Positions 33,143 to 44,619 of a stretch of 45,026 nt of DNA are shown in pieces. The position numbers and the translations under genes are program-made. The stretch is from NCBI RefSeq assembly GCF_001194135.2, contig NC_068986.1, positions 107,943,582 to 107,988,607 on the forward strand, given 5' to 3'. Under the pieces are notes generated by a model. That model saw only the letters and a list, made by a program, of their open reading frames with translations, was not told where the DNA came from and ran no database searches. How positions within the stretch are numbered: position 1 is the stretch's first letter; every line of letters begins with the position of its first letter. Source of the stretch: Octopus bimaculoides. Lineage: Eukaryota.

Positions 33143-33354
33143 AAACTTCTCAGATGCCATATTGGCTCAACTTCTTTGTGAATGCTGGAATTCCTCCTGG
33201 AGAAGCTACGAACTATGCTGTAACTTTCACTGACAACCGCATACAGAAGGACATGCTGCTTGACTTGACAAAAGAATATCTCAAAGATATGGGGATCACA
33301 TTGCTGGGTGATGTCATCTCCATCTTGCGTCATGCTAAATCAGTCCATGCTCAG
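33143..33354 (+). CDS. C19orf47: C19orf47 orthologue, exon 2 (SAM-like domain)
   Basis: [59 protein letters not shown] closely matches the human C19orf47 N-terminus as I recall it. TTCAG| acceptor, CAG|GTTTGT donor, phase 1 to 0. Confidence 0.92.
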
Positions 33355-33491
33355 GTTTGTAAAACCATTTTTTTCTTTCTTGTTGATCATACGACAAATA
33401 TGACATAGCTAAAACGGAAACTCAAAACTAATCTTTCTTTTCAGTGCCAAAAGATATTTCAGTTTGGATTAATTGCAGATTCCTGCTCGTT

Positions 33492-35948
33492 CTCAGTTCT
33501 GTTACTATGTCTAGCTCAGTTCTGTTACTATGTCTAGCTCAGTTCTGTTACTATGTCTAGCTCAGTTCTGTTACTATGTCCAGCTCAGTTCTGTTACTAT
33601 GTCTGGCTCAGTTCTGTTACTATGTCTAGCTCAGTTCTGTTATTATGTCCAGCTCAGTGCTGTTACTATGTCTGGCTCAGTGCTGTTACTATGTCTGGCT
33701 CAGTTCTGTTATNNNNNNNNNNNNNNNNNNNNNNNNNNNNNNNNNNNNNNNNNNNNNNNNNNNNNNNNNNNNNNNNNNNNNNNNNNNNNNNNNNNNNNNN
33801 NNNNNNNNNNNNNNNNNNNNNNNNNNNNNNNNNNNNNNNNNNNNNNNNNNNNNNNNNNNNNNNNNNNNNNNNNNNNNNNNNNNNNNNNNNNNNNNNNNNN
33901 NNNNNNNNNNNNNNNNNNNNNNNNNNNNNNNNNNNNNNNNNNNNNNNNNNNNNNNNNNNNNNNNNNNNNNNNNNNNNNNNNNNNNNNNNNNNNNNNNNNN
34001 NNNNNNNNNNNNNNNNNNNNNNNNNNNNNNNNNNNNNNNNNNNNNNNNNNNNNNNNNNNNNNNNNNNNNNNNNNNNNNNNNNNNNNNNNNNNNNNNNNNN
34101 NNNNNNNNNNNNNNNNNNNNNNNNNNNNNNNNNNNNNNNNNNNNNNNNNNNNNNNNNNNNNNNNNNNNNNNNNNNNNNNNNNNNNNNNNNNNNNNNNNNN
34201 NNNNNNNNNNNNNNNNNNNNNNNNNNNNNNNNNTCTGTTATTATGTCTAGCTCAGTTCTGTTATTATGTCTGGCTCAGTTCTGTTATTATGTCTAGCTCA
34301 GTTCTGTTACTATGTCTGGCTCAGTGCTGTTACTATGTCTAGCTCAGTTCTGTTACTATGTCTAGCTCAGTTCTGTTATTATGTCCAGCTCAGTGCTGTT
34401 ACTATGTCTGGCTCAGTGCTGTTACTATGTCTGGCTCAGTTCTGTTATTATGTCCAGCTCAATGCTGTTACTATGTCTTGCTCAGTGCTGTTACTATGTC
34501 TGGCTCAGTGCTGTTACTATGTCCGGCTCAGTTCTGTTACTATGTCTGGCTCAGTGCTGTTACTATGTCTGGCTCAGTTCTGTTACTATATCTAGCTCAG
34601 TTCTGTTACTATGTCTAGCTCAGTGCTGTTACTATGTCCAGCTCAGTGCTGTNNNNNNNNNNAGCTCAGTTCTGTTACTATGTCTAGCTCAGTGCTGTTA
34701 CTATGTCCAGCTCAGTGCTGTTACTATGTCCAGCTCAGTGCTGTTACTATGTCCAGCTCAGTGCTGTTACTATGTCTGGCTCTGTTCTATTATTATGTCC
34801 AGCTCAGTTCTGTTACTATGTCTAGCTCAGTGCTGTTACTATGTCTGGCTCAGTGCTGTTACTATGTCCAGCTCAGTGCTGTTACTATGTCTTGCTCAGT
34901 GCTGTTACTATGTCTGGCTCAGTGCTGTTATTATGTCTGGCTCAGTGCTGTTACTATGTCCGGCTCAGTGCTGTTACTATGTCTTGATCAGTTCTGTTAT
35001 TATGTCCAGCTCAGTGCTGTTACTATGTCTTGCTCAGTGCTGTTACTATGTCTGGCTCAGTGCTGTTACTATGTCTGGCTCAGTTCTGTTACTATGTCTA
35101 GCTCAGTGCTGTTACTATGTCCAGCTCAGTTCTGTTACTATGTCTAGCTCAGTTCTGTTACTATGTCTAGCTCAGTGCTGTTACTATGTCCAGCTCAGTG
35201 CTGTTACTATGTCTAGCTCAGTGCTGTTACTATGTCTGGCTCAGTTCTGTTATGTCCAGCTCAGTGCTGTTACTATGTCTGGCTCAGTTCTGTTGTGTCT
35301 AGCTCAGTGCTGTTNNNNNNNNNNNNNNNNNNNNNNNNNNNNNNNNNNNNNNNNNNNNNNNNNNNNNNNNNNNNNNNNNNNNNNNNNNNNNNNNNNNNNN
35401 NNNNNNNNNNNNNNNNNNNNNNNNNNNNNNNNNNNNNNNNNNNNNNNNNNNNNNNNNNNNNNNNNNNNNNNNNNNNNNNNNNNNNNNNNNNNNNNNNNNN
35501 NNNNNNNNNNNNNNNNNNNNNNNNNNNNNNNNNNNNNNNNNNNNNNNNNNNNNNNNNNNNNNNNNNNNNNNNNNNNNNNNNNNNNNNNNNNNNNNNNNNN
35601 NNNNNNNNNNNNNNNNNNNNNNNNNNNNNNNNNNNNNNNNNNNNNNNNNNNNNNNNNNNNNNNNNNNNNNNNNNNNNNNNNNNNNNNNNNNNNNNNNNNN
35701 NNNNNNNNNNNNNNNNNNNNNNNNNNNNNNNNNNNNNNNNNNNNNNNNNNNNNNNNNNNNNNNNNNNNNNNNNNNNNNNNNNNNNNNNNNNNNNNNNNNN
35801 NNNNNNNNNNNNNNNNNNCTAGCTCAGTGCTGTTACTATGTCTGGCTCAGTTCTGTTATGTCTGGCTCAGTTCTGTTACTATGTCCAGCTCAGTGCTGTT
35901 ACTGTCTGGCTCAGTTCTGTTACTATGTCTGGCTCAGTTCTGTTATTA
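33492..35948 (+). repeat. 23-bp tandem satellite, unit GCTCAGT(T/G)CTGTTA(C/T)TATGTC(T/C)(A/G), in C19orf47 intron 2
   Basis: Dozens of near-identical units interrupted by three N-gaps. Confidence 0.97.
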
Positions 35949-36084
35949 TGTTATTATTATTTATTCTGGAGTATGCAACCTATAACTCTCCCCCCCTCTG
36001 TTTTTGGTTTTTTTTTTCTGTTTCCTTGGTGAGATAGCTCTGGGAGGTTATTTCTTTTCTCAATAATTTGATCTTTTATAATGC

Positions 36085-36510
36085 GGCATGCTGGCTGAAA
36101 CATTAGTACACTGGGCAAAATGCTTAGCGGTATTTCATCTGTCTTTACATTCTGAGTTCAAATTCTGCCAAGGTCGACATTGTCTTTCATCTTTCCGGGG
36201 TCAATAAATTAAGTACCAGTTGCATACTGGGGTCAATCTAATCAACTGGCCCCCTCCCAAAAATTTTTTGGGCCTTGTGGCTAAAGTAGAAAAGATTATT
36301 TACAATTATTAAGGCAGTGAGCTGGCAGAAATGTTAGCACACCGGGTGAAATGCTTAGAGGTATATCATCTGTCTTGACGTTCTGAGTTCAAATTCTGCT
36401 GAGGTCGACTTTGCTTTTCATCCTTTCGGGGTCGATAAATTAAGTACTAGTTGCATACTGGGGTCAATCTAATTGACTGGCCCCTTCTCTATAAATTTCA
36501 GACCTTTGAT
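36085..36510 (+). mobile_element. Two tandem SINE family F copies
   Basis: About 36085-36295 and 36310-36510, each with head, B box, core and tail. Confidence 0.82.
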
Positions 36511-37090
36511 CTTTTATATTTTTAATGCTTTTTCTTTTTATTCTTCCTGTAAATATATGTCGCTAAACTTACAGACATTGAAGCTGATCGTAAATATGAG
36601 GATTTTTATACTGGACTAGCTGTATTTTCATCAAAATCTCCAGTTTTTTAGAGGGTTGAGAGAATTATTTAAAGAAATCACTGCAAGACTTTGAGAGTTT
36701 AATGTTGGAAAAAGATTTGGTTAAACGATATCTTATGATGTTATTTCTATTTTCTGTGACCTACTTCCTGTGTGGGGACCAGCATGTCAAAGAATAGGCC
36801 CGTTTCCTCTGCATGTCATAAAAAGGCAATGGAAAGAGTTTGAGGTAGAATTTGCACTCCGACCTCATAAATCCCTTACCATCAATGACTACCCAAACAG
36901 AGCCACAGAGCCAAGGGTTGGAGGGTCGTTGCTTGAGTGGTGCAAAGGCATCTTCCACCAGGAATGGTAGGAGATCACCAACATATGGTGGATGCAGAGT
37001 TGTGCTGTTTCAGTGCATTCCCCACTACTACTACTACTACTACTTCCTTATGTCTACCTACTCTGCTCTCGTTAACAAACTACTTTTATC

Positions 37091-37541
37091 AACATCGTCA
37101 TCATCTGCTTTCCATGCTAGCATGGGTTGGACAATTTGACTGAGGACTGATGAAACCAGATGGCTACACCAGGCTCCAATCTGATTTGGCAGAGTTTCTA
37201 CAGCTGGATGCCCTTCCTAACGCCAACCACTCCGAGAGTGTAGTGGGTGCTTTTACGTGCCACTGGCACGAAGGCCAGTCAGGCAGTACTGGCAACGGCC
37301 ACGCTCAAAATGGTGTATTTTATGTGCCACCTGCACAGGAGCCAGTCCAGTGGCACTGGCAACAATCTTGCTCGAATGTCTTTACACATGCCACCAGCAC
37401 AAGTGCCAGGAAGGCGACGCTGGGCACAGGTGCCATCATGATTTCACTTTCCCCAACAGGTCTTCACAAGCCGAGTTTAGTGTCCAATGAAGGAGACGAC
37501 GTTGGCATGGGTACCAGTCGTCGAATTTAGTTCGATTTCGA
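37091..37541 (-). mobile_element. RTE 3' UTR (family E)
   Basis: TTTATC at both ends (37085-37090, 37542-37547). Confidence 0.88.
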
Positions 37542-37660
37542 TTTATCGTTAATTATATTTTCTTTCATTACTACTACTATTACTACTACCGCCTTATGTC
37601 TACCTGCTCTGCTCTCGTTAACAAACTACTTTTATCTTTAATTATATTTTCTTTCATTAG

Positions 37661-37742
37661 GAAGCACGTGATAAAGCTTTGAAATGTTCAGCAAATACTG
37701 GTAATAGCACGACATCTCCTGCTACTCCACGGAGGTCGACAG
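37661..37742 (+). CDS. C19orf47: C19orf47 orthologue, exon 3
   Basis: TTTCATTAG| EARDKALKCSANTGNSTTSPATPRRST |GTAAGA, phase 0 to 1. Confidence 0.82.
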
Positions 37743-38159
37743 GTAAGAAAACATTACACATCACAGAGATTCCTTTTAATTTGTTTTCCCTTTTAATTTC
37801 ATTGCCAATTTTATTAGCAACCTAATAAATTACATTTTTGCATTTTTATAGTTTCTTTTTATACACAGACGTGGCTGTGTGGTAAGAAAGTGGCTTCCCA
37901 GCCACATGGTTTTTGGGTTCAGTCCCACTCCATTACACTGGACAAGTGTCTTCTAATATAACCTTGGCCCAACCAAACCCTTGTGAATCGTTTTGTTAGA
38001 TGGAACCTAAAAGAAGCCTATCGTACATATATACTGTCATGGCCAAAAGTCTGGAACATTTTTTTAAAAATTAAAATTGTTATGCCCAAGCGCAATTCAA
38101 TTCAAATATATACAACATAGAGATATACTTACCTTATAACTGATCTGATGGTTCAATAC

Positions 38160-38635
38160 CATCATCATCATCATCATCATTTAACGTCCGCTTTCCATGC
38201 TGGCATGTGTTGGACGATTTGACTAAGGACTGGTGAACCAGATGGTTACACCAGGCTCCAATCTGATTTGGCAGAGCTTCTACAGCTGGATGCCCTTCCT
38301 AATGTCAACCACTCCGAGAGTGTAGTGGATGCTTTTACGTGCCACTGGCACGAAGGCTAGTCAGGCAGTACTGTCAACGGCCACACTCAAAATGGTGTAT
38401 TTTACATGCCACCTACACAGGAGCCAGTCCAGGGGCACTGGCAACGATCTTGCTCAAATGTCTTTACATGTGCCACCGGCACGCGACGCTGGGCACAGGT
38501 GCCATCACGATTTCGCTTTCGCTTGCCCCAACAGGTCTTTGCAAGCCGAGTTTCGTGTCCAATGAAGGAGACAACGTTGGCATGGGTACCAGTCGTCAAA
38601 TTTAGTTTTCGATTTCACTTGCCTCAACAGGTCTT
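38160..38635 (-). mobile_element. RTE 3' UTR (family E)
   Basis: (CAT)n terminus, collinear with 37091-37541. Confidence 0.88.
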
Positions 38636-38659
38636 GATATATAGTAGAAAAAAAAGGCA

Positions 38660-38841
38660 AACTCAAAAATAATCCAGAATACTTGTCCCAAAATCTAATC
38701 AGTTCGTGCCAGTCACGAGGCCAAACATCCCTGAAAGTTTCATCTGAATCCATCCAGTGGTTCTTGAGATATCTTGTCCACGGACAAACAACCAAACACA
38801 ACTGTAAACAATACCTCCGCCTTCGTTAAGGTGGAGGTAAT
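38660..38841 (+). mobile_element. Non-autonomous element ending in a 10-bp GC-rich hairpin (Helitron/HINE-like)
   Basis: TACCTCCGCC-TTCGTTAA-GGTGGAGGTA (38812-38839), preceded by an ACAAAC-type microsatellite. Confidence 0.45.
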
Positions 38842-39055
38842 TAGTAAGAGACAGGAGATAACTATGAGACATTAATGAGGCTGTCGAAAGTACATCAGGT
38901 CACAGAAATTACACAGTTGGCAAGATTCTTATTGCTATTTTAGTGGTATTTTTGTTGTGGTTTTGTTGTAGTGTTTTCCAGACATGTTACGTATTTATTT
39001 TGAACTGAAATTTTTGAGTCTGCAACTTCTGTTTTGTTTTTTTTATTCATTCCAG

Positions 39056-39160
39056 CTGCAAGTCGGATTGTGGATTATTATTTAGGAAAAGATCCCAACG
39101 CTGTCCCTATGAATCAGCAGCAGCCAGCTAAACTCTACGATGATGTCTCTTCATCAGAAA
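39056..39160 (+). CDS. C19orf47: C19orf47 orthologue, exon 4
   Basis: TTCCAG| (A)ASRIVDYYLGKDPNAVPMNQQQPAKLYDDVSSSE |GTAATG, phase 1 to 1. RRSTAASRIV parallels RRGTSAASRMI in vertebrates. Confidence 0.82.
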
Positions 39161-39215
39161 GTAATGCTTTTTTATTTTTTATTTGCCTTTCTCTCATCTG
39201 CTCTAATTAGATCTA

Positions 39216-39432
39216 CAGTAATCCCTCGTCTATTGCAGGTGTTACATTCCAAAACCCCCCGTGATAGGTGAAAATCCATGAAGTAGAAACAGTACTGTAC
39301 TGTGTATTTTTTATTATTATTATAATTTGTATATATTTATTTTATTATAAATGCAAGACAACACCATGGAGGAATCGATGTAAGCTTAAATAAACCGCGA
39401 TAGGTGAATCACAATATGGCAAGGTATTACCT
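39216..39432 (+). mobile_element. Tigger/pogo-like MITE
   Basis: TA-CAGTAATCCCTCG start and a degenerate GCAAGGTATTACC end. Confidence 0.55.
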
Positions 39433-39473
<41 letters not shown>

Positions 39474-40821
39474 CAAATAATAAATGAGTATATGCATATA
39501 TACATACATGTATGTACATACTTACATCTACCTGTATATATAGATGCATATCTGGGTACAGAACCTTGTAAACAAAGCGTAGACAAAATGATAAACGAGT
39601 ACAGAAAACACATAGAGGACATCTCCTTCATCAGCTGCCCCCATTCTATCACAGGCGTTTCGAAGAGTAGGGCAAGGCGCATCGTTAAAACGGCTCTTCC
39701 CACGGACCACAAATTAAATTTAAATTAAATTTAATTCAAATTAAATTTGTAACATGGAGGAATGTAGTGGTGGACAAAACAAAACAGGAAAACGAAACAG
39801 AGAGAACAAACAAGAAGGCTATATGGCCAGACGTATATATGCAACGATGCATGTGTATATATCTCTATGCTGACAGTAGAAGAGTGTTATGTATACAGTA
39901 ACTTGTGACTGTATGGTCAGTTCCTTAATTTCATAATTATCAGTGGGTACATGCTACAGACAAAACCCCAAAGGCAGATATGCACATCTAGCTATACCAC
40001 TATCACTGCTGGATGATCTTTGTCCACTACTGATATATATCTATGTTTTTTCAACAGAGCATGTCCCTATGAGATGTTATCTCAGGATGAATTCCATTGT
40101 TAATTTGGCTTTAAGTATGATACACAGATGGCTGTTTTAAACTAATACTACTTTTGGTGTGCATAATGAATATAGTGTAACCTTAATAATCTGTTATTGG
40201 AATAATTGTTATATCATAAGTGTTGTTAATTTATTAGCCCCATGTCAGCTCTGGATTGTGTAGATATTTGATCAAAGGCATGCCAGCTATGACAATCTTG
40301 TCCTTTTCTCAAGCATAAAGTTTCTAGGACTACATTAGCCAGTGTGTGCCTCTATATTTAAGCCATTTTGTTCCTTTGAGCCTGGTACTTATGCTTTAGC
40401 TGGTATAAAAGTCCAAATTCTTTTCATGGCTGAATGGTCAATAGTAGCAAGGGCCATCCATTTGGCTACCAAAATCACTTACTCTAACAATTAAACTACC
40501 CTCCTAAGCTTCCCTCTTCTCTGTCATCAACATTATTAATCTGCAGGGGATTCGCTCCATTTCCATGCTTCTTATTTGTCATCGGTAAGTTTCTCAGAAG
40601 ATCTTGTGGTGCCTGTTTCTCACAGGTCCCCTGTTGCTGCCTTTTTCTCATGGCTTGGTGGTCATGTGGTACCATGCAGAATTATGGATGCTGTCTAAAT
40701 ACACAAGAAATAGCTTTAGTGGATTTGAACTGACAACCTAAGATAGTTTAACCGTTTTGTTACCGTATTTCTGTTGAAACGCTCTGTGTTTCTTTCAGTT
40801 AATTTTAAATATAACAAAGAA

Positions 40822-40954
40822 CTATTTACATTATTTACATTTGACAGATATTTGTCCTCATATCCTGGTGTAGTGGTTAAGAGCACGGGCTACTAACCCC
40901 AAGATTCCGAGTTCGATCCCAAGCAGTGACCTGAATAATAATAATAGTAGTAAT

Positions 40955-40992
<38 letters not shown>

Positions 40993-41153
40993 CCGAAAAA
41001 TACCTTAGGAATAAGAACCAAGGTTCGAAATTTCCCGGAGACACTTGATGAAGGCTGGAGGGTACATCAGCTGAAACGTTATTATCAACACACAAGATGA
41101 GGACAAATATCTGTCTAATTTAAATAATTCCTCATCTCTTAAATATAGAACTG
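40822..41153 (+). mobile_element. SINE family C (tRNA head, (AAT/AAC)n, hammerhead tail) with an inverted copy of its own tail at the 5' end
   Basis: 12-bp TSD TATAACAAAGAA (40810-40821, 41154-41165). A box 40866-40876, B box 40911-40919. 40823-40861 is the reverse complement of the family 3' tail. Confidence 0.9.
41040..41085 (+). ncRNA. Degenerate minimal hammerhead motif (C3U, 3' strand of stem I lost)
   Basis: GACAC-TTGATGA-A-GGCTG-loop-CAGCT-GAAA-CGTT, with AACGTT palindrome at 41075-41080. Confidence 0.55.
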
Positions 41154-41371
41154 TATAACAAAGAATTTAGTAAAATAACTTAGCTATCATTAAGCTAATG
41201 TTAGGAATCTAAATTGTGACTAAGGTTTGGTGGAAGATTTTAATTCAGAACTTATGAAAACAAGGCATTTGTACTACAGAGCCAGGGGTGGTTTCAGCCA
41301 AGTTGGTATTGAAAGGGTTAAACTTCTGCAAAGCATATTTCTCATGAAACTATACGAGTCATGCGTTTTAA

Positions 41372-41592
41372 CCCTTTTGTTGCTGTATTTCTGTTGAGGT
41401 ACTCTGTGTTCTTTCAATTAATTTTAAATATAACAAAGAATTTAGTAAAATAAATTAGTTATCATTCAGCTTATGTAAGGAACATAAATTGTGACTAAGG
41501 TTTGGTGGAAGATTTTAATTCAAAACTTATGGAAACAAGACATTTGTACTACAGAGCCAGGGGTGGTTTCAGGTGGGTTTGTAACAAATGGG
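41372..41592. mobile_element. TTAA-flanked piggyBac-like MITE (family D), intact
   Basis: TTAA-CCCTTTTGTT...AACAAATGGG-TTAA (41368-41371, 41593-41596). Confidence 0.8.
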
Positions 41593-41749
41593 TTAATCCC
41601 TTAACTACTCTGCAATTTGACCTCACTTCCTCACCTGGACTCTGAAGAACGCAGTCGTCTGCCATACACACACTCACACAGACACAACCACGTTTCCATC
41701 TCCAGAGCCAAACACATGCACAGGCCTAGATTAGTCACAGACACCATTT

Positions 41750-42135
41750 GTTTTCTTTTATTTGTTTCAGTCTTTGGACTGCAGCCATGTTGAAGCACCG
41801 CCCTGAAGAGTTTAGTCAAGCAAATTGACCACATCACTTTTTTTTTTTTTTTCAAAATCTGGTACTTATATTGGTCTCTGTTTGCTAAACTGCTAAGTTA
41901 CAGTGACATAAACAAACCAACACCGGTTGTCAAGTGGTGGTGGTGGTGGTGGCTTTAGTAGACAAATACACTGTGTATATGATGGGCTTCTTTCAGTTTC
42001 CACATTACTAAATCCACTCACAAAGCTTTAGTTGGCCCAAGGTTATATTAGAAGACACTTCCCCAAGGTGTCATGCAGTGGGACTGAACTGAGAACAATA
42101 TGGTTGGGAAGTAAACTTCATACAACATTGCCATG
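41750..42135 (-). mobile_element. SINE family B
   Basis: Tail, 3' module, CORE-like segment and head in order on the minus strand. Confidence 0.8.
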
Positions 42136-42293
42136 ACCACATTCACCACATAGACATATACATATACATATCACACATAGCAATACATTCTCTCACACGC
42201 TTGCACAAAAACCTTTACACACACATGCGCACACACACTTTATAAAGAAAGTGTCCTCAGTGAACTAAGATCCTCCACTTTCCTCTTTTATAG

Positions 42294-42445
42294 AATGGAA
42301 GAATTCACGGAAGTCATCTGTGTTTGAACGTCTTGGAGACAGTAGCAGCAGCATCAACAGTAGCAGCAACAACAGTTCCGGGTCTACGAAAATTACTCTT
42401 ACTGGTTCCGGTAATGTCATTGTCCGAAGTACGAGTTCTTCAAAG
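42294..42445 (+). CDS. C19orf47: C19orf47 orthologue, exon 5
   Basis: TTTTATAG| (K)WKNSRKSSVFERLGDSSSSINSSSNNSSGSTKITLTGSGNVIVRSTSSSK |GTTTGT, phase 1 to 0. Confidence 0.8.
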
Positions 42446-42689
42446 GTTTGTAAATATATTTCTTGTTTATATGTCTCTGTCACTTATGTTCCACCTTAGT
42501 CACATGTACCTGGTGGTCATTCATCCTAATTCCTCATGTTATTATGGTCAATATCTAAATTTTTGCTTATGTTCATTTATGGTTTAAATCTTCATATGAC
42601 ATGGTATAGAAATGGTATACTATGTTATTTAAAAAAACCAAAGATGTCTTAGCCATCACAAGGACTTTTGCCGATTGCTTGGACAATTG

Positions 42690-43005
42690 CATAAAGAAGT
42701 AGGCAATGACCAAGACTCATCAAGACGAGCAAAATTGCAGTCGTGGCAGATACTGGTATCATGCAAATTGGCACCCATGCCAGTAGCACGGAAACGCACC
42801 CTGGTGGCACACAAATGGCACCCGTGCTGGTGGTGCATGAAAGCACCCATTACACTCTCGGAGCGGTTGGCGTTAGGAAGGGCATCTAGCCCTAGAAAAC
42901 CTTGCCAAATCAGGCTGGAGTCTGGTGCAGCCTTCCAGTGTGCCAGCCCAATCAAACCGTCCAGTCCATGCCAGCTTGGACAACGGTCATTAAATGATGA
43001 TAATG
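42690..43005 (+). mobile_element. RTE 3' UTR (family E), diverged
   Basis: CACTCTCGGAGCGGTTGGCGTTAGGAAGGGCATC...CATTAAATGATGAT. Confidence 0.8.
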
Positions 43006-43469
43006 AAGTGCTGATCACTTAAAGGGGATGGATGTTGTGGAAGAAGGAGACCCAACTAGGCTCTTTTATCATCATTGTTATCATCATTTAACGTCCATTT
43101 TTCCATGCTTGCATGGGTCAGATGGAATTTGTTGCAGCAGATTTCCTACAGCTCCCGTTGTCCACTCTCCCTTGTTTCCAAACAAGGTAATATTTTTCCA
43201 TGGCTAGTCATGTTTTTCAGGGAAGACTGGAAACAACCAACCTCATTTGTATAACAGTGATGCTCATATTCAACCATCATATGATATCTAGACATACAGA
43301 TGCACAGACACACAGATGGTGGGCTTCTTTCAGTTTCCATCTCCAGCTACACAGCTGGCATCTAATTCCTCACAGCTGTAATGTCAGTATGGATTTCCTC
43401 ATAATCTACCCAATCAATATCTGGTTTTTTACATTTGTACACATTCAATCACTCTTGTTCCTCACATAT

Positions 43470-44075
43470 ACATTGGCAGAAATGTTAGCACACCGAGCAA
43501 AATGCTTAGCGGTATTTGAAGGCGATGAGCTGGCAGAATCGTTAGCACGCCGGGCGAAATGCTTAGTGGTATTTCGTCTGCCGCTATGTTCTGAGTTCAA
43601 ATTCCACCGAAATCGACTTTGCCTTTCATCCTTTCGGGGTCGATTAAATAAGTACCAGTTACGCACTGCGGTCGATATACTCGACTTAATCCGTTTGTCT
43701 GTCCTTATTTGTCCCTTCTCTGTGTAGCTNNNNNNNNNNNNNNNNNNNNNNNNNNNNNNNNNNNNNNNNNNNNNNNNNNNNNNNNNNNNNNNNNNNNNNN
43801 NNNNNNNNNNNNNNNNNNNNNNNNNNNNNNNNNNNNNNNNNNNNNNNNNNNNNNNNNNNNNNNNNNNNNCGATGAGCTGGCAGAATCGTTAGCACGCCGG
43901 GCGAAATGCTTAGTGGTATTTCGTCTGCCGCTATGTTCTGAGTTCAAATTCTGCTGAAATCGACTTTTGCCTTTCATCCTTTCAGGGTGATAAATTAAGT
44001 ACGAGTTGCATACTGGGGTCAATCTAATTGACTGGCTCCCCAAAAATTTCAGACCTTGTGCCTAGAGTAGAAAAG
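43470..44075 (+). mobile_element. Cluster of SINE family F copies around a gap
   Basis: Heads at about 43472, 43525 and 43870, with cores and tails. Confidence 0.8.
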
Positions 44076-44303
44076 AATAATATTTTTAAGCATTCACATC
44101 TACACCCTACATATCTAAATTCTACACATCTACACAGTATTTTATTAATTCTTTACTTTCTGGCAGCCAATCTCTGCAGTTCTGGTAAAAAAAAAAAAAA
44201 ATACAACCACATGTAAAAGGAATATTTCCCTTATCTTTTTTGTGATATTTTAGTTTTCAACACCTGGTTTTTTTGTATCCCTCTCTCTCTCTTCTCTCCA
44301 CAG

Positions 44304-44619
44304 GTATCATCGACGACAACACCTCCAGGTGGTTCCACACCTTCATCTGTCTTTGCTCGTCTTGGAGACAAACCGACCCTCAAGCGCCCAGCAAGTTCGA
44401 CATCCGGAGATGATAATGTCAGTGGCCCACCGCTGGAATATGCTGGAATTTTAAAATCTTTATCTGGTCAGTCGAAACCGAAAAAAGCGAAACAAACTAA
44501 ATCTATTAACAAGACTGGTGCTGTGTATAAGAAAATTACGTCTCAATTAAAAAGTGCTGCTGCTGTGTCAACGACAAATTCTTCGAACTCTAGTGTCTCT
44601 CTTTCACAGAAATGTAACA
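44304..44619 (+). CDS. C19orf47: C19orf47 orthologue, exon 6
   Basis: CCACAG| VSSTTTPPGGSTPSSVFARLGDKPTLKRPASS..LEYAGILKS.. (vertebrates have VFDRLG and LQYAGVLK). Donor A|GTGAGT at 44619/44620. Read-through would stop at TAG 44625-44627. Confidence 0.85.

Larger units (their letters stand above)
40752..41317. mobile_element. TTAA-flanked piggyBac-like MITE (family D, about 222 bp) interrupted by a SINE C insertion
   Basis: TTAA at 40748-40751 and 41318-41321. An uninterrupted sister copy lies at 41372-41592. Confidence 0.8.

Noticed and set aside
33154-33408. ORF-track start at ATG 33154 and extension to 33408 as the C19orf47 exon
   Set aside because: Homology ends at the CAG|GT donor at 33354. 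The upstream acceptor at 33143 with exon 30072-30081 gives a better model, although ATG 33154 could be an alternative start.
33530-36032. Long Cys/Leu/Ser-rich ORFs (up to 534 aa)
   Set aside because: Translations of the 23-bp satellite plus N-runs, inside a C19orf47 intron.
43525-43950. Near-identical SINE F heads on both sides of a gap as a recent tandem duplication
   Set aside because: May be a scaffolding overlap or collapse at the gap; cannot be resolved here.
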